Below, in pieces: positions 40,305 through 52,938 of a stretch of 64,000 nt of DNA (within the stretch, counting starts at the first letter, position 1; each line of letters begins with the position of its first letter). The notes beneath the pieces were generated by a model. That model saw only the letters and a list, made by a program, of their open reading frames with translations. It was not told where the DNA came from and made no database searches. The stretch comes from Azolla caroliniana (Eukaryota > Plantae > Polypodiophyta), in NCBI GenBank assembly GCA_043228905.1, contig JBHGNT010000011.1, positions 13,826,001 to 13,890,000 on the forward strand, read 5' to 3'. The position numbers and the translations under genes were made by a program.

Positions 40305-43300
40305 AATTGCTTATACTGAAATGGAGAACCGAATCTCTAGAGGAACTACAACAACGTAGAGAATCACATGTATTTTTTAGCATAAATCATATGGAAAAGA
40401 ACGAGACACAAGATGTTGAACCTTGACTGTGTCAAATTGAACAGAATTGATAATGTTTATATGGAGAAGATGAGGGTGCTATATAGAGAGAGAAGATCAA
40501 TGTCTTATGCAGTATCATTCACTACAACTTGCATCAAGAACTCATTATCATTCACTGTGACTTTTATCATTCACTGTGTAAACACTATGGTATGACAATG
40601 ATAGATCTCTAACAGATTAACACTCTGGAAACAAGGTCGTCATTCTATAGATTAAGCGGATTGCTGTGTTTCTCAATTTGGGGACCAATTGCAAGTATAT
40701 TGTGGTTTCTGGAGTCTGGTGATGAATCCTAGCTTTACCAATGTTATGCTGATAGTGCATGGCACAATGTAGCTTTACTTAGAAAGAGAGTAATTTAGGT
40801 TCTCCCAAGCTTTATAGTGAACTTTTGACATCTCTGACGTTATCACTTGTAAATGTGTCATTTTATTTCCAGCACAACATTTCTATGGACAGAAAGCTCA
40901 TTAATTTACCATTCAGTTAAATGATTTCTGATCTATTCTGTGCTTTCATTTAAAAGTATTTCTTTATATGAAACCATTGGGAACCTCTACATAGAATGGG
41001 AGGCTTGGTTCCATTGAAATCTTGAATTCCACTATTTTTTACAAACCATTTTCTTGGTTTGTTTGGCTTTTGTTGCGCATAAAGATGTCTTAGTACCAAT
41101 AATGTGGTTTGAGATCTTAGGTTGGGTCTATGGGTGTACCGTATTAGATCGTCATGATTATTTGCAGGGGACAAATATTGTAAAGAAGATTAAGTGCTCA
41201 AAACTCCATTTTTCCCAAAACTTGTAATGCGTTAATGTGTAAAAGCATGGGTTGTAGAAGCTGTTTATGCCTTGCTTGAGTTTATGGAGTATTTATCTCA
41301 TTTTCTGTTCTTGTGATAGCTATGTAGAGGAAGAATGGTGGCCAAGACAAAGCAAACATGTGTGTTATGGTGCTTCCCTAATGGGCTTCCCTCATAATGG
41401 CAAATCTGTAAGCATGCATGACCTTTCGCTTTTTCTTTCTAATTAAAACACTCATTTGGGACATACATTGATAGCATGATATAAATAAAAGTAGTAAAGT
41501 AGATAAATAAATATTGTGATTTAAAATTTAACTAATGACAAAAATGGATATGAGGATGATGAACTACGCAACAATGGTTCATATTGAATGTGCAAGAAAT
41601 GTAAAATACAACAGAATTGTTGTATCTTATACAACCACAAATGTAGGAAATAATCACTCCTCATATTGAGCATGGCAGTATTGGCAAAATTTGTGGCCAA
41701 AATGCATGGCCCACACAATGTGAAACATAAAATGGGGAGTGGGATTTCATGTGTAGGGATAAAATCCGTAGATATACAAAGGAATGCCAAAGTAGTGAAT
41801 ATAGCTTTATGGGTCTCTACTAACTCAATGTATTTCCACACAACATCTCTAGTTTTGATGGAAATATAGCGCACAAAATCAGCAAGTATGTGGTACCGAT
41901 AACAAATATCCAATTAGAGGCTCACTATACATTTAGATCGCAATGGGCATCAAAGTCCAATGTGATAATCGCTTAGTTGCATTGTCGAATGAAGTCATGT
42001 TGCTCGAACTATGTTTCTTTACCTTTGTGTGCTCCCTTTCTCGCCATTAGAAAGACTACCTACATACAGAGAATTTTAAAAATCTCGATGGCCATTCCTC
42101 TTTATGTGCCAAGAATCCCTTGTTGTGTTTTTCCGACCTCAACACACGACGTAGTGATCCAGTTCTACGATCCAATGTTTCGAGCCGAACCCGAATTTGA
42201 GTCTCATTTTTCATGGTTTTTTGATACCCGGGGAAAGCGGACATGGTTTGATTCAAACGTGTAGAAAGACATCTTGCAAAAGTTTGTGGGCCGGTATATA
42301 GACCAAAGGGATGAACGACAATAGCATGGTGTTATGATCCATGGTCCATGCATAATATGCATGGACATATGTAAATCCTGCATGCATGGACATATGTAGA
42401 TCAGTGTGAAAGCACGTCAGGGTATGGAATGGAATATATATAACCTTGTGCAGATCTAGGGCTTTTTTCATCCCACTGCTAGAAGCAAATCTGGAAGAGT
42501 AAGGAGTAGCTCTACAACAACGTAATGTCTGTCTGTGTTCTCTCTGCGATTCTTCGATTCTTGTCTCTTCTTTAGTAGACTTGTCTGTCTTTCTCTCCTT
42601 CTGTGTGTTTTCTTCTGTTGGTGAAGGAATCACACACGTATTGTTGTTCTTATTTGGGCCGAATGATGTGACCATTTCTCAATGGTCTTTAACTTGATGC
42701 GGACAGAAGCTTCTTGGAAGGCTTATGCTGTACATCTTTGATTATACTGATGGCTCCATCCCCCTTCTCTTTTAGCGTTTCCGTCTTTCATAATTCAATT
42801 GCAGCCTTCTCTTTCAATGGGCCATAATGAATTAGTTTCTGATTACGGTTATGTGGACCTCTATCCTTCCACCTATGTATACTATGAGAACACTGTTGGA
42901 CTTGCTTGTGCGTGTTAATGCTATCTTTTCTTCTTCTGAAATTTACTCCTATTCATGTGTATGTTATACACGACTTATACGAGGATGTTATGATAGGAAG
43001 AAACTAGCTGGCTTTGCTTCCAGTATGGACCAATAAAAATTCAGAGAATTGCACCAGAATTCTATCATTTTAGAGAAACAGAATAACGCCAGCAATTGGG
43101 TATGCCTAGCGGTGTATCAATAACAGATTGGCATTGTGCAGACAGGGAGATATGTTTATTTAGCAGACGATGCCATCTATGCAATATGTGTGGACCCAAA
43201 ATGCGGATGTACAGATATAAATTGTTTGATGTTAGAACCCCTCTTGGGGCTGTGCCCTGTGAATGATTTACTGCTCCTTGGCCAACCAGCGGAAAAATAA

Positions 43301-43684
43301 CATTGGGCGATTCATAGCCTGTACAGGAGTGCGTGATCTTGAACATTTGGTAGAATAAAGAGGTTCCTTGATTATTTTAGAAGGGCATATTAAAATGAAA
43401 TGGGGTGCCCACAAGCAGGCAATGCCTTGTAGAGGTCATAGATACACCAAACCCAATCCTGGCTGGAGTTTCTCTCTCTGGCATGACATGCACTCTCAGT
43501 TGTGACATTCATTGGTTACTAACATTTTCACAAATATCACACCAAATTATCCAAAATTTGAAAGTTTATTCCTCGCTCTATCCTCCACCTCTTGTGAATG
43601 TTAAAATCCTCTTTGTCACTTGTCTCTGTCTCTGTCTCCTTCGAAAAGTATGATTCTTGTTAAAATAAGATGATACTACAACTT

Positions 43685-46231
43685 GCACTGTCTTTATAAG
43701 TAGGGTTATGGCAAGGTATAACCCTATGAAGTTATGTAATAGTAGGTGACAAAACTCTTCCCTCGTATTGGGGTAGTATCCTTGTATAACATAGTTGTGA
43801 AATTTGCCAAATGAACTTCTCTTTTATCTTGAGGAGTTGTTGTGGTATCCCACAAAGCCCATCAAACAACAACCAATTCCTCATAGTCAGTTAAACCACA
43901 TTCTCTAATACTTAAGGTAGTCAAACACGACTTGATAGTTGATGAAGGGGTGTCACATGGGCCTTTTCCATACGAACCTTTATTGGATGACATCATTTGA
44001 TATTCTTCTCTAGGAGAAGTCTTTCTTGTAGGAGATTTCAAATTGAGAACTCAATCTTGACAATGCACAATATTTGAGATTGATGGAAACCTAGAAATGG
44101 TAAATGCCATAGGCATCATATGTAGATCAAAAGACAAGCTTTGGCCATCATCTGCTAGAACTTGGAAGTCGGCACTATGTGATCAAATATAATTGTTTAG
44201 TTGAGTGGTCAGGCTTGAAAAAGCTCACATTTTCCCACATGGCGGGGAAAGCACAATTGATTATCTAATAGGACACCTTGAAACTATTAACATTATTAAT
44301 CCCTTTTGGGTGGCCTCATGTCATATTATCACGAACCATAACTTCTTATACTTTGAGCTAAAATGCGATATCTCCAACACAATCAACTTTAGCCAACCAA
44401 GCCATCACACCACAATACATTTCACACATGAGCTCTCTAACATATACTCTCGACATGTTCAAGCCCATCTCTCCTCTCTTGATTCCTCTTTGCCTTTAGA
44501 AAACCTTACTACAGAACTCACACACATCCTTCACTCCACAACAACTAGCAGTTTCCCATATACGAAACACTCCAACCAAGGTAAAAAGGGTCTATGCCAC
44601 AAAATAGATGGTATGATAAGGATTGGAGAGACTTATACAGACAACTTAAAGTATCGCGGCTTAGTGGTACTATTACCTGAGTACATGCTAGCAAAGAAAT
44701 GTGCAAGATGACACATCGTAAGAGACGAGTGTAGGAGACATCTCAATATTGGGAACTCTACCATATGTTCATGAGTAATGATTACGCCACTACATGGAAG
44801 AGACTAAGGGAACCAAGACCACAAACACCAATTGAGGATCCCAACACTTGGCACACATATATACAAAGAGACTTTACCAAGTCCAGGGAAAACCACCCAT
44901 TCCCATGCCTTCTACACCTTGGCCTGCCATGGGGACACTTTTCACGACCTCTAGGATCATGAAGGTCAAAAAGAAATTATAACATTGGAGGTCCATGGCA
45001 CACACAAGATTGCACGCAGAACACATTATATATGCACGAGAGTGGCTAGCTCCTTTTCTAACTTTAATCTTCAATTGTGCCCCCGCCGAGGGTTTTCCAC
45101 CATAGTGAATTATGAACACAGTGGCACCATATATAAAGGAGGAGACCCCATTAACCCAAATACATATAGGACCATTACGATATGTCATACGCTCGCTAAA
45201 TTATATGGAGCAGTAATGGAAGCAGAGCTCAACGATCATATGGAGACCTTAAGTCTTCGAGCACTTGAACATGCTGGCTTTATACGAGCCTTCTCTACTA
45301 TTGACCATATTTTTCATACTTAGATGCTTAATTGACCAAACGAAGGCCCGCAAGAAGATTAAGTATATTGTTGTTTTATGGACTTCCATAAAGCCTTTAG
45401 ACAATCCCTAAAGAGAGGTTGTTTGATAGGCTTAAAAGCTTGGAGATACAAGATGACATGATTTGGGCCATGTATGCACTATATGAGCAAGGATCAAGGT
45501 GCGTACGATGCCTAGGTGGCCTATCCAATTGCTTCACTAACATCGTTGGTGTAAAACAAGGTTGCCCCCTATCACCGACTCTTTTTGGAATCTACATTGA
45601 TGAGACCATGTCGTATTTTATTGCTCGTAACGGAGGCAATGGAGAAGTCCTTGGGGGTACACAAGTTAGTATCATACTCTATGCAGATGACATAGTTTTG
45701 CTCTCTAAGTTTGAACACGACCTACAAAGGCATCTTAATGCCTTAGATGACTTTTGTGCACAACGAGGATTGATAGTGAATCTAGGGAAAACTAAAGTCC
45801 TTATCTTTCACACATAGGCTTGAGTTAGAACTAAGTGTCACCTAACCCTCTCTCATATACCAGTTAAGGTAGTTGAGTCATATGTATATCTTTTTTTTCA
45901 ATTTCAATGCTCGCTTAGGTAAATTTTCGATGACACAATCAACCAAAGATAGACTCATAAGAGGATATGCATCCCTCTCAATCTTAGAGAGACAATGCCA
46001 CTAGGCATACTTTCAAGAGCCCTTCCCTCATGAGAGGATATGCATCCCTCTCAGTGGTTTGGGTTCCAGGGCTACCATCTTTCATGTGGACGCAATTAGA
46101 GAGACCATTGGTGATGATGTTATCACATCAACTCCGAAGCAAATCAACAGTATCTGTTAAGAAATGGAATGACAAGAGTGGTTGTAATGTAGTGGAAGGT
46201 GAGCGTATGTGTGTGTGTGTGTGTGTATAAC

Positions 46232-46288
<57 letters not shown>

Positions 46289-47700
46289 ATATATGATATT
46301 AACAAAACGAGATACATCCAACAACGACTAAATTACAATGAGTTGGTTTATATACCAACTAAGCTAGGGCAAGCACCCTTTCTACTATTTACACAACTAG
46401 CTTGGAGTGTCTATGAGCTAGTGTGAAACCTATCTATGGGAAGTTGAGTTCAATTCTCAACAATATCATATGAAATTATTAGAGCTAAGTTCACTTGTAG
46501 AAGTTCACTTGCCCCCGATGTTAGTAGAAGCAGTTTTCCAACTTGTAGTTTTTATTCATAGGATACATAGACAACCACAAGATAGGATATCTCATCAAGC
46601 TTTTGAGGCAGCTCAATCACTCTACGAGTCCAAATATACTAGCTCCTCGTATAACATGGTGGTGAGTTGGCTTTTTGCAAATGGCCTAGACATTAATAAC
46701 ATATCCCCCCTTAGGTACGACCACACATTTGATAAAACTTTAACCTCTCATGAGGACCGTAATAAAGTAATACGCCAATAAATATGGCAAATTTACATTC
46801 GGTATAAATGGATCACCCCACTAGAGCCACTCCCATCTAAAATGTTGTATTATAAGGAACACTTCATGTGCACTTCGCTACGTTAGGTTTTATTGCACGA
46901 CCAAAATATCAAGATACATTCTTACCAAATGCACTAAGGGTTGCCATTGGACAACTTAGAATATCAATTCACCAACTTGGGATTGAGAATGGTCGTACTA
47001 ATGGAGTCCCGAGAGAGGAAAGGATATGTAGATTATGTCACATAGAGGTAGAGGATGAGTACCACTTTACATGCAAGTGTACAACTTATGTTGAGATAAG
47101 GGCAAAATAACAAGACATACTCGGACCCTCTCCAAACTATTAGATACTTTAGAGATAAAGAAATTAGGTAGATATATCTTAGAGCTAAAACAACATGAGA
47201 GAATAAGCTACATAATGTCAACAATAACTTTTCTAATAATCACCAACATGTAGGCAATGAAATTTTTTAGAGATAGGGGGAGACAATGAATCTGGACATG
47301 CCTGCACCACTCGACCTCTTCCTTGATGAAGCAAAAAACCAAAGAAGAACCAAATGCCCTCGGATGTCGGGTTTCAAAGCAACTTGATGTGGTGTAGAAG
47401 CGATTAAGAAAATACGAGAATGTGAGCTACATCGGCTTAAAGCCATGGTTGGGGTACCTTCTATATCAAGACCATGGGTCACACCCACATTGAAACCCTA
47501 TGACCTCCCGCTTCTTTTCGAGAGATTTGGATGGAAATGAAACCGGGCCTAGTACAAAGTCATCTCCTTTATAGAATATGTTACACCATAACACGTTTTG
47601 TACAATACTAGAACTCTTTTAGGTTAAGTTATGTTTTATTTTTATTTTTGATGATTGGGTAAGACACCCTATTTTGTTATTAAACGATTGTCTCATTGGC
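43685..47700 (+). mobile_element. Decayed non-LTR retrotransposon (LINE ORF2, RTE-X-like), boundaries approximate
   Basis: Endonuclease remnant VFLVGDFK (~44020). RT motifs YRTITICHTLAKLY, GVKQGCPLSPTLFGIYID and LYADDIVLL. C-terminal HQLGIENGR...REERICRLC...EDEYHF..KC zinc motif. Multiple stops and frameshifts. Confidence 0.88.
46155..46462. mobile_element. Solo LTR (308 bp) inserted in the LINE
   Basis: TGTTAAGAA...TTCTCAACA termini with a 5-bp TSD GTATC/ATATC (1 mismatch). Removing it restores the LINE reading KSTVSYEIIRA. Contains (TG)n and (AG)n tracts. Confidence 0.75.
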
Positions 47701-47729
47701 CAATTTTGGCCTTACAAGACGTTAATATA

Positions 47730-47732
<3 letters not shown>

Positions 47733-47797
<65 letters not shown>
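47733..47797. repeat. (CT)n microsatellite
   Basis: Perfect dinucleotide run. Other microsatellites: (CTT)n 13050-13100, (AAT)n 34431-34457, (AAG)n 35567-35595, (TG)n 52713-52748. Confidence 0.95.
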
Positions 47798-47803
<6 letters not shown>

Positions 47804-48165
47804 AGATGCTTTGTGTCCTATAAAATTGGTATGGCTCAACCTTGATAAATGTGATGTAGTTCGGTTAAGTCTCATCGATCTCAGTTAGTTTCTCATAGGT
47901 GTTGGAAAGAGATTGAACACGTTGTGGGCGTGACTAAAAAGGTTGGTTTCGTGTAGCGAAGTTTGGGGGATAGATAGCCAATGAATCCATAACACGTGAT
48001 GTGAACCCTACACTTCTCTACAAGCAGAGGGCATTTCGGGAAATATGGAAACATGGAGGGTATCGGTGTAAATATAGAGAAACCTTTGCCGTGGAGGGTA
48101 TTTGTGTAAATACTCCTCTTTATTCCTTCTTACAGAGCGCACGACAAGCTTTTCCCCTCCTGGCG

Positions 48166-50381
48166 ATGGCGATGGCGATGGCGATGGACAGCATAAGCAT
48201 GAGCAGGGAGAACAGTAGCAGTGTGGCGGGCGATAGTAGTACTTCTGCTCCATTTGATGCCGCCCACATTGCGGAGGTGAAGTCGTGGCTGGCCTCCACC
48301 TTCGATGCTGTGGGGAAGGACGTGCCTGACTTCGATTACACTCCTCGCTCCCTTGCCCACCTCCACAACCTCGCCTCTATATCCATCTCCCGTTCCCAGG
48401 CCTCCTCCATCGTTGCTTCCAATCTCCGACAGCAAGCCGCGGAATTTCACAGAGAAAGTAAGAACGGATCTTCAAGCTTCTTCTTCTTCCTCGTCAAACT
48501 TTTACCGCATTTTCTTTTTTCAATTTTGACATCGAAAGGCTTTCTGAACTGTGTGAAATGCCACAAGAGTTCAGATCTTCAAATCATGATGCGTTATAAG
48601 AGGATTTAAGACAATAACCGTTCTTTTCCATTTTTCCATTTGAGGAAAACAGCGAACATTAGAAACGTGCTCATTGTGATCATCTGAGGCTCTCAGACCA
48701 AAGAATTACTTGTACATAGTTAGTGCTTTTAGTGTCCGCTTTATTCAATGAACTAATGTTTACAGTTGCTGCTGCAACTCGTAGGAGTGACCAAACAAGG
48801 TACATTGTGCAGTGATTGTTAGGTACTGTATTTCATCTTTCATAATAACCACGGTTATGGTTTTAAGAGTACAAGCACTGCTGTTTAATAGTTATGCTAC
48901 TCCTATCTATTCATGCCATGAAGATTATATTACATATACATCTTTTATTAGCTTTATGTTCCTTTGCCTTCGAATAAATTTGTATGCAATTAAATGCTTC
49001 CACCATTCAGATGCTTTACAAATAGAAGGGGTTTGGTAAGAAAACTGGCATGATGTTCATGTTGTGTCTCCTCCTGATATGAATATTTACCAGAAGGTGC
49101 AATATTTCGTGATAAACATGTTGCCACATAAATCTAAATATTGCTGTATTCTGCTTAAATTCAAGTGCTTTGTTGTATGGTTTATGGCAGGTTTTAGTTT
49201 TTGTCGTAGGCTATCAATCTCATGATTTTGTATTATTAGTGCAAAACAAGGCACATTCTTTTAGTGCAAAACAGGGAATTGCCCTCATGTCTCCTGTATT
49301 CTTTTATTCTCCATTTTGGCAGCTGCTCGAATTAGAGAACTGTTGGAGTCTGCAGGTTTGGCACAGGAAAATATGTCACAAGCTTGTGTTTCATCGGCTC
49401 AAATGCTTGCAAATGTTGCACATCTCTTAAATCTTAAAGATGTTGAAGTAAGCAGGTAACATTGATTCCATAGTGTTTACTTTGAATATTTCATTAGTTC
49501 ATATGAATCATCTTAACGAGATTCTTTTCATCAGTTTTTTGATGGCATTCGGGGAATTGTTGCTACGGAAATCAGATGTAGAAGACAGGAGATCTAAGGC
49601 TCAGAAAGAGTCAAAATTACTTCTTGATAATACAAGAAAGGCAATTGCCAGACTCAGTCACCTGAAGAGGTCTATAAATTCACACAATCATATAAAACTA
49701 TGCAATCTTTGATCTATGCTATATAGGCAACTGATTATTGTACTTTGGGAATGGAGTTTTCAGGACACTTGCACAGCTTGAAGAGGAGGTAGCAACCTGT
49801 GAAGGCCCCATGATGCAGTGGCAGACTAACCTGAAAATGATGGCCTCAAAGGAGCGCCAGTATCTTCAACAACTCGCAAATTATAAGGTATTGGTTGTAT
49901 GGAAATGTGCCAATGCTAATAGATTTTTTAGGCAAAGAAAAATTGAGAGCAAACTAAGGAGATCTAAAAGGGGAATGTATTTGACATAATTATATTCCTG
50001 AAGATAACACTGGAAGGAATGACAAAATTCCATTTAATGTAGGCTGTGCTGACCCGTGTGGGATATACGCCTGAGATTAATCATGGCATTCTTATGCAAA
50101 TGGTTGAGTCTCGGAAAGATCTGGAGAGAAAAACAAAGCCAATATTGGATACGCTGCGAAGTTACCAAGACTTACCTCCAGTATGAGAAAATTTTAGTAG
50201 TGTTGGTCTTTGCAATTTTCTGCTCTTTGGATAAACTGTTCTACTAATACACATTTCTAATGTTGTGCAGGACAAAGCTCTTGCAGAGCTTGCTATCGAG
50301 GATAAGAGAAGGGAAATTGAGTCTGCTGAAAAATACCTTGAAGATGCACTTCAATCAGCTCTTAATACTCCAAGTGAGTGA
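48166..50381 (+). CDS. AUG1: Augmin complex subunit 1 (HAUS1), 6 exons
   Basis: Exons 48166-48457, 49323-49455, 49535-49669, 49764-49887, 50043-50180, 50271-50381 (GT-AG, in phase). Motifs EVKSWLASTFDAVGKDVPDFDYTPRS and LRSYQDLPPDKALAELAIEDK match plant AUG1. Several tandem ATGs make the exact start uncertain. Confidence 0.94.
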
Positions 50382-52061
50382 CCAAGAGTCACTGATTAAA
50401 AATTACATGCTAACCAAAGAAATGTTTGTGCTTGTCGTCATGGACTGATGATTGAAAGGTCCACATTACTTTCATATCTAGTATATAGATGGTGTATTTC
50501 TGTTTTGGGGAATGAATGAAAGTGTTGAAGGGCTTCAGGAACAAATTATCTTCCCGGGTCAGAATGTGCAGAAAGAATGTTATGTATTGAAGCACCCAAT
50601 GAAATGAATCCACCATAGATATGGATAAGAAGTAACATGGGTGTGACAGGTTTTACAAGCAATTGATCTTAATGTTTCAAAATGTAAACTTAGTCAGTAG
50701 AGCATTGAGACAAGGCAAATGATTGATCAGCCAGCTTATTTTGTTGTTTTTGTAATATTGGACATACAATAGAAATGAATAGTTTTAAAGTTATATTGAA
50801 TCAGCATGTTGCACCTACATTTCTTTATGAAAGAGATTTTCCCTAAAATGGAAGTGTTTAAAATGGTTTCAACATTAAACTATGCTTTATTGTCACAATA
50901 ATCTACGTTGTGTAGTTCAGGTGATAGTATGTATGATCGATAGTTAGCTGTTGGTTTTAGTGTATGTATCTCATTGTTAGCCTGATGGTGTCTGTGTTTG
51001 ATATATGCATATGCAATTGATGGGTGATGATTGATTTAAACTCGAATCTTGGAATCATTAGGTATTTAATAAAGCGACTAACTACTAAATGAGGTAGTGT
51101 GGGATGGAAAGGGAGTGATTTGTAATTGAAATGTGGTCAACTAATGGTCACTTACAGAACTAACTAGGTTTGTAATTAGTGATTTATTAGAATTAAAATT
51201 AGGATGAAAATGTGTTTGAGCCTTACAGATTAATCTTGGGAACGTGCATGATTTGATTATCGGGAATTGTTGGTGATATAGTGGAGGCATAGCGGGTGTA
51301 ATGAAAGCGAACAAAGAACAAGTGCGACAAAGATAAACCCACAATGTAATATTTCTTTATGAATGAGAAACTACCCTCTCAATATTACAAAACTACCCTT
51401 TCATATGCTTCCTTCAATGCATATGAGAGGTATGTCTAAATCATCAACACTTATATAACTATGTGATATAGATTTTGAATTACCTAAGTAAGAAATGACA
51501 TCCTAATTACAAAATGCTCCAAGTTGGTCAGGCTACTAACACAAACAAAAAACAAAGACTTGAATTGTCTTTTATGTGGCATTCAAGCACAATCTCATGG
51601 CTCAAGGTGAACTTTAAGGCCTTGGATGAGAAATATAGTTATCATTGTTTTATCATGCTTGAATCTAAGGCCTTCCCTTAGGTGTGAAGGTTTGATGGAA
51701 ATACCATATATCTTCTCCTCATTGCCATATGTGTGTGTGCATATAGAAAGAGTATACATATTTAACGACTCTTTACAGGCCAATAAATCACCAATGAAGA
51801 TAGATGTTGGGGATCTACTCAAATAGGTGGAAGGAATGTGTGTCACTAGCCAATACGTGGATCATGTCATATGCTACAACTTCTGTAACATTCTATCTTG
51901 ATGTTTGTGGAGCTACTTTGTTGTACGTGGAATGATGGATGGATGTCATATCATGAGAAAGAAAGATATATTAACGGCTTCTAAGGCCAAATTTGGCCCA
52001 TGAGACAATTGGTTTACAACAAAATGAGTATTTATCCAATCATCATAACTAAAATAAAATA

Positions 52062-52375
52062 GGGAAAATTACCAGGATACCTCTGGAAGTTCGTCTATTT
52101 ACCATAATGCCCCTGGAAGTTCCAAATTTACCAAACTACCCCTATGTCCAAAAAATTACACTTTATAAAGTAATTATATACTCAAATCTACAAGCCCTAT
52201 TTACCAAAGGTGGAAGAAATGGACCCGAACTTAGCCCTATTTACCAAAGATTTGAGTGTATAATTACTTTATAAAGTGTAATTTTTTGGACATAGGGGTA
52301 ATTTGATAAATTTGGAACTTTTAGGGGCATTCTGGTAAATAGATGAACTTCCAGGGGTATCCTGGTACTTTTCCC
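52062..52375. mobile_element. Mutator-like MITE, copy 2 (314 bp, inverted relative to copy 1)
   Basis: Same TIRs as 2865-3173. Perfect 9-bp TSD AATAAAATA at 52053-52061 and 52376-52384. The central segment is the reverse complement of that in copy 1. Confidence 0.92.
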
Positions 52376-52484
52376 AATAAAATAAAGTAAACATAGAACT
52401 TAAGCTAAAAGAGTTCTAGTAGTGTACAATACGTGGTATACTCGATAAAGGAAGTGACTTTAAACTAATCCTAAGAGAGAGAGA

Positions 52485-52587
52485 GTTCCTTCCGGGACAT
52501 TTGATAAAATTGGAACGATACAGAGAAGATTAGTGTGACCTCTGCGCAAGGATGATACACAGAAATCGAGAAATGGTCCAAATTATT
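52485..52587 (+). pseudogene. U6: Full-length U6 snRNA retro-pseudogene
   Basis: Matches plant U6 (GATAAAATTGGAACGATACAGAGAAGATTAG...AATCGAGAAATGGTCCAAATT). The catalytic AGC triad is changed to AGT. No USE/TATA recognised upstream and no T-run terminator. Flanked by the direct repeat AAGAGAGAGAGA (52473-52484, 52593-52604). Confidence 0.9.
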
Positions 52588-52710
52588 ACTAAAAGAGAGA
52601 GAGAAGGTCATGGGTTCAACCCCTACATTCCACAATGGCATATAGTAAAATTAAGAGGATATGTATGGAGTTGGGTTTCGAACCCAAGACATAAAGAGAG
52701 AGAGAGAGAG

Positions 52711-52749
<39 letters not shown>

Positions 52750-52938
52750 TGGCCGGTATATGTCATGTTAAGAGGACAGAAGCAACGAAACGAGAGTGTA
52801 TCTGTCATGTTAATGAAAGAGAAGACGTTATGAACGAATGCATCTATCTGTGAAGAACAGAAAACAAAGCTCACATTTTCTCAACATATCTTGCTCTGTT
52901 TCCGACTTCCTTTCTTCGCTTCTGTGGATTCTTCAGGC

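Noticed and set aside
42260-43680. Additional LTR element (TGTAGA...TCTACA at 42260-42516, or ...CTACA at 43680)
   Set aside because: No matching TSD, PBS or second LTR could be found, and no convincing coding motifs.
48001-48165. N-terminal extension of AUG1 from the ORF track
   Set aside because: It starts at GTG and has no similarity to AUG1; the first in-frame ATG is at 48166.
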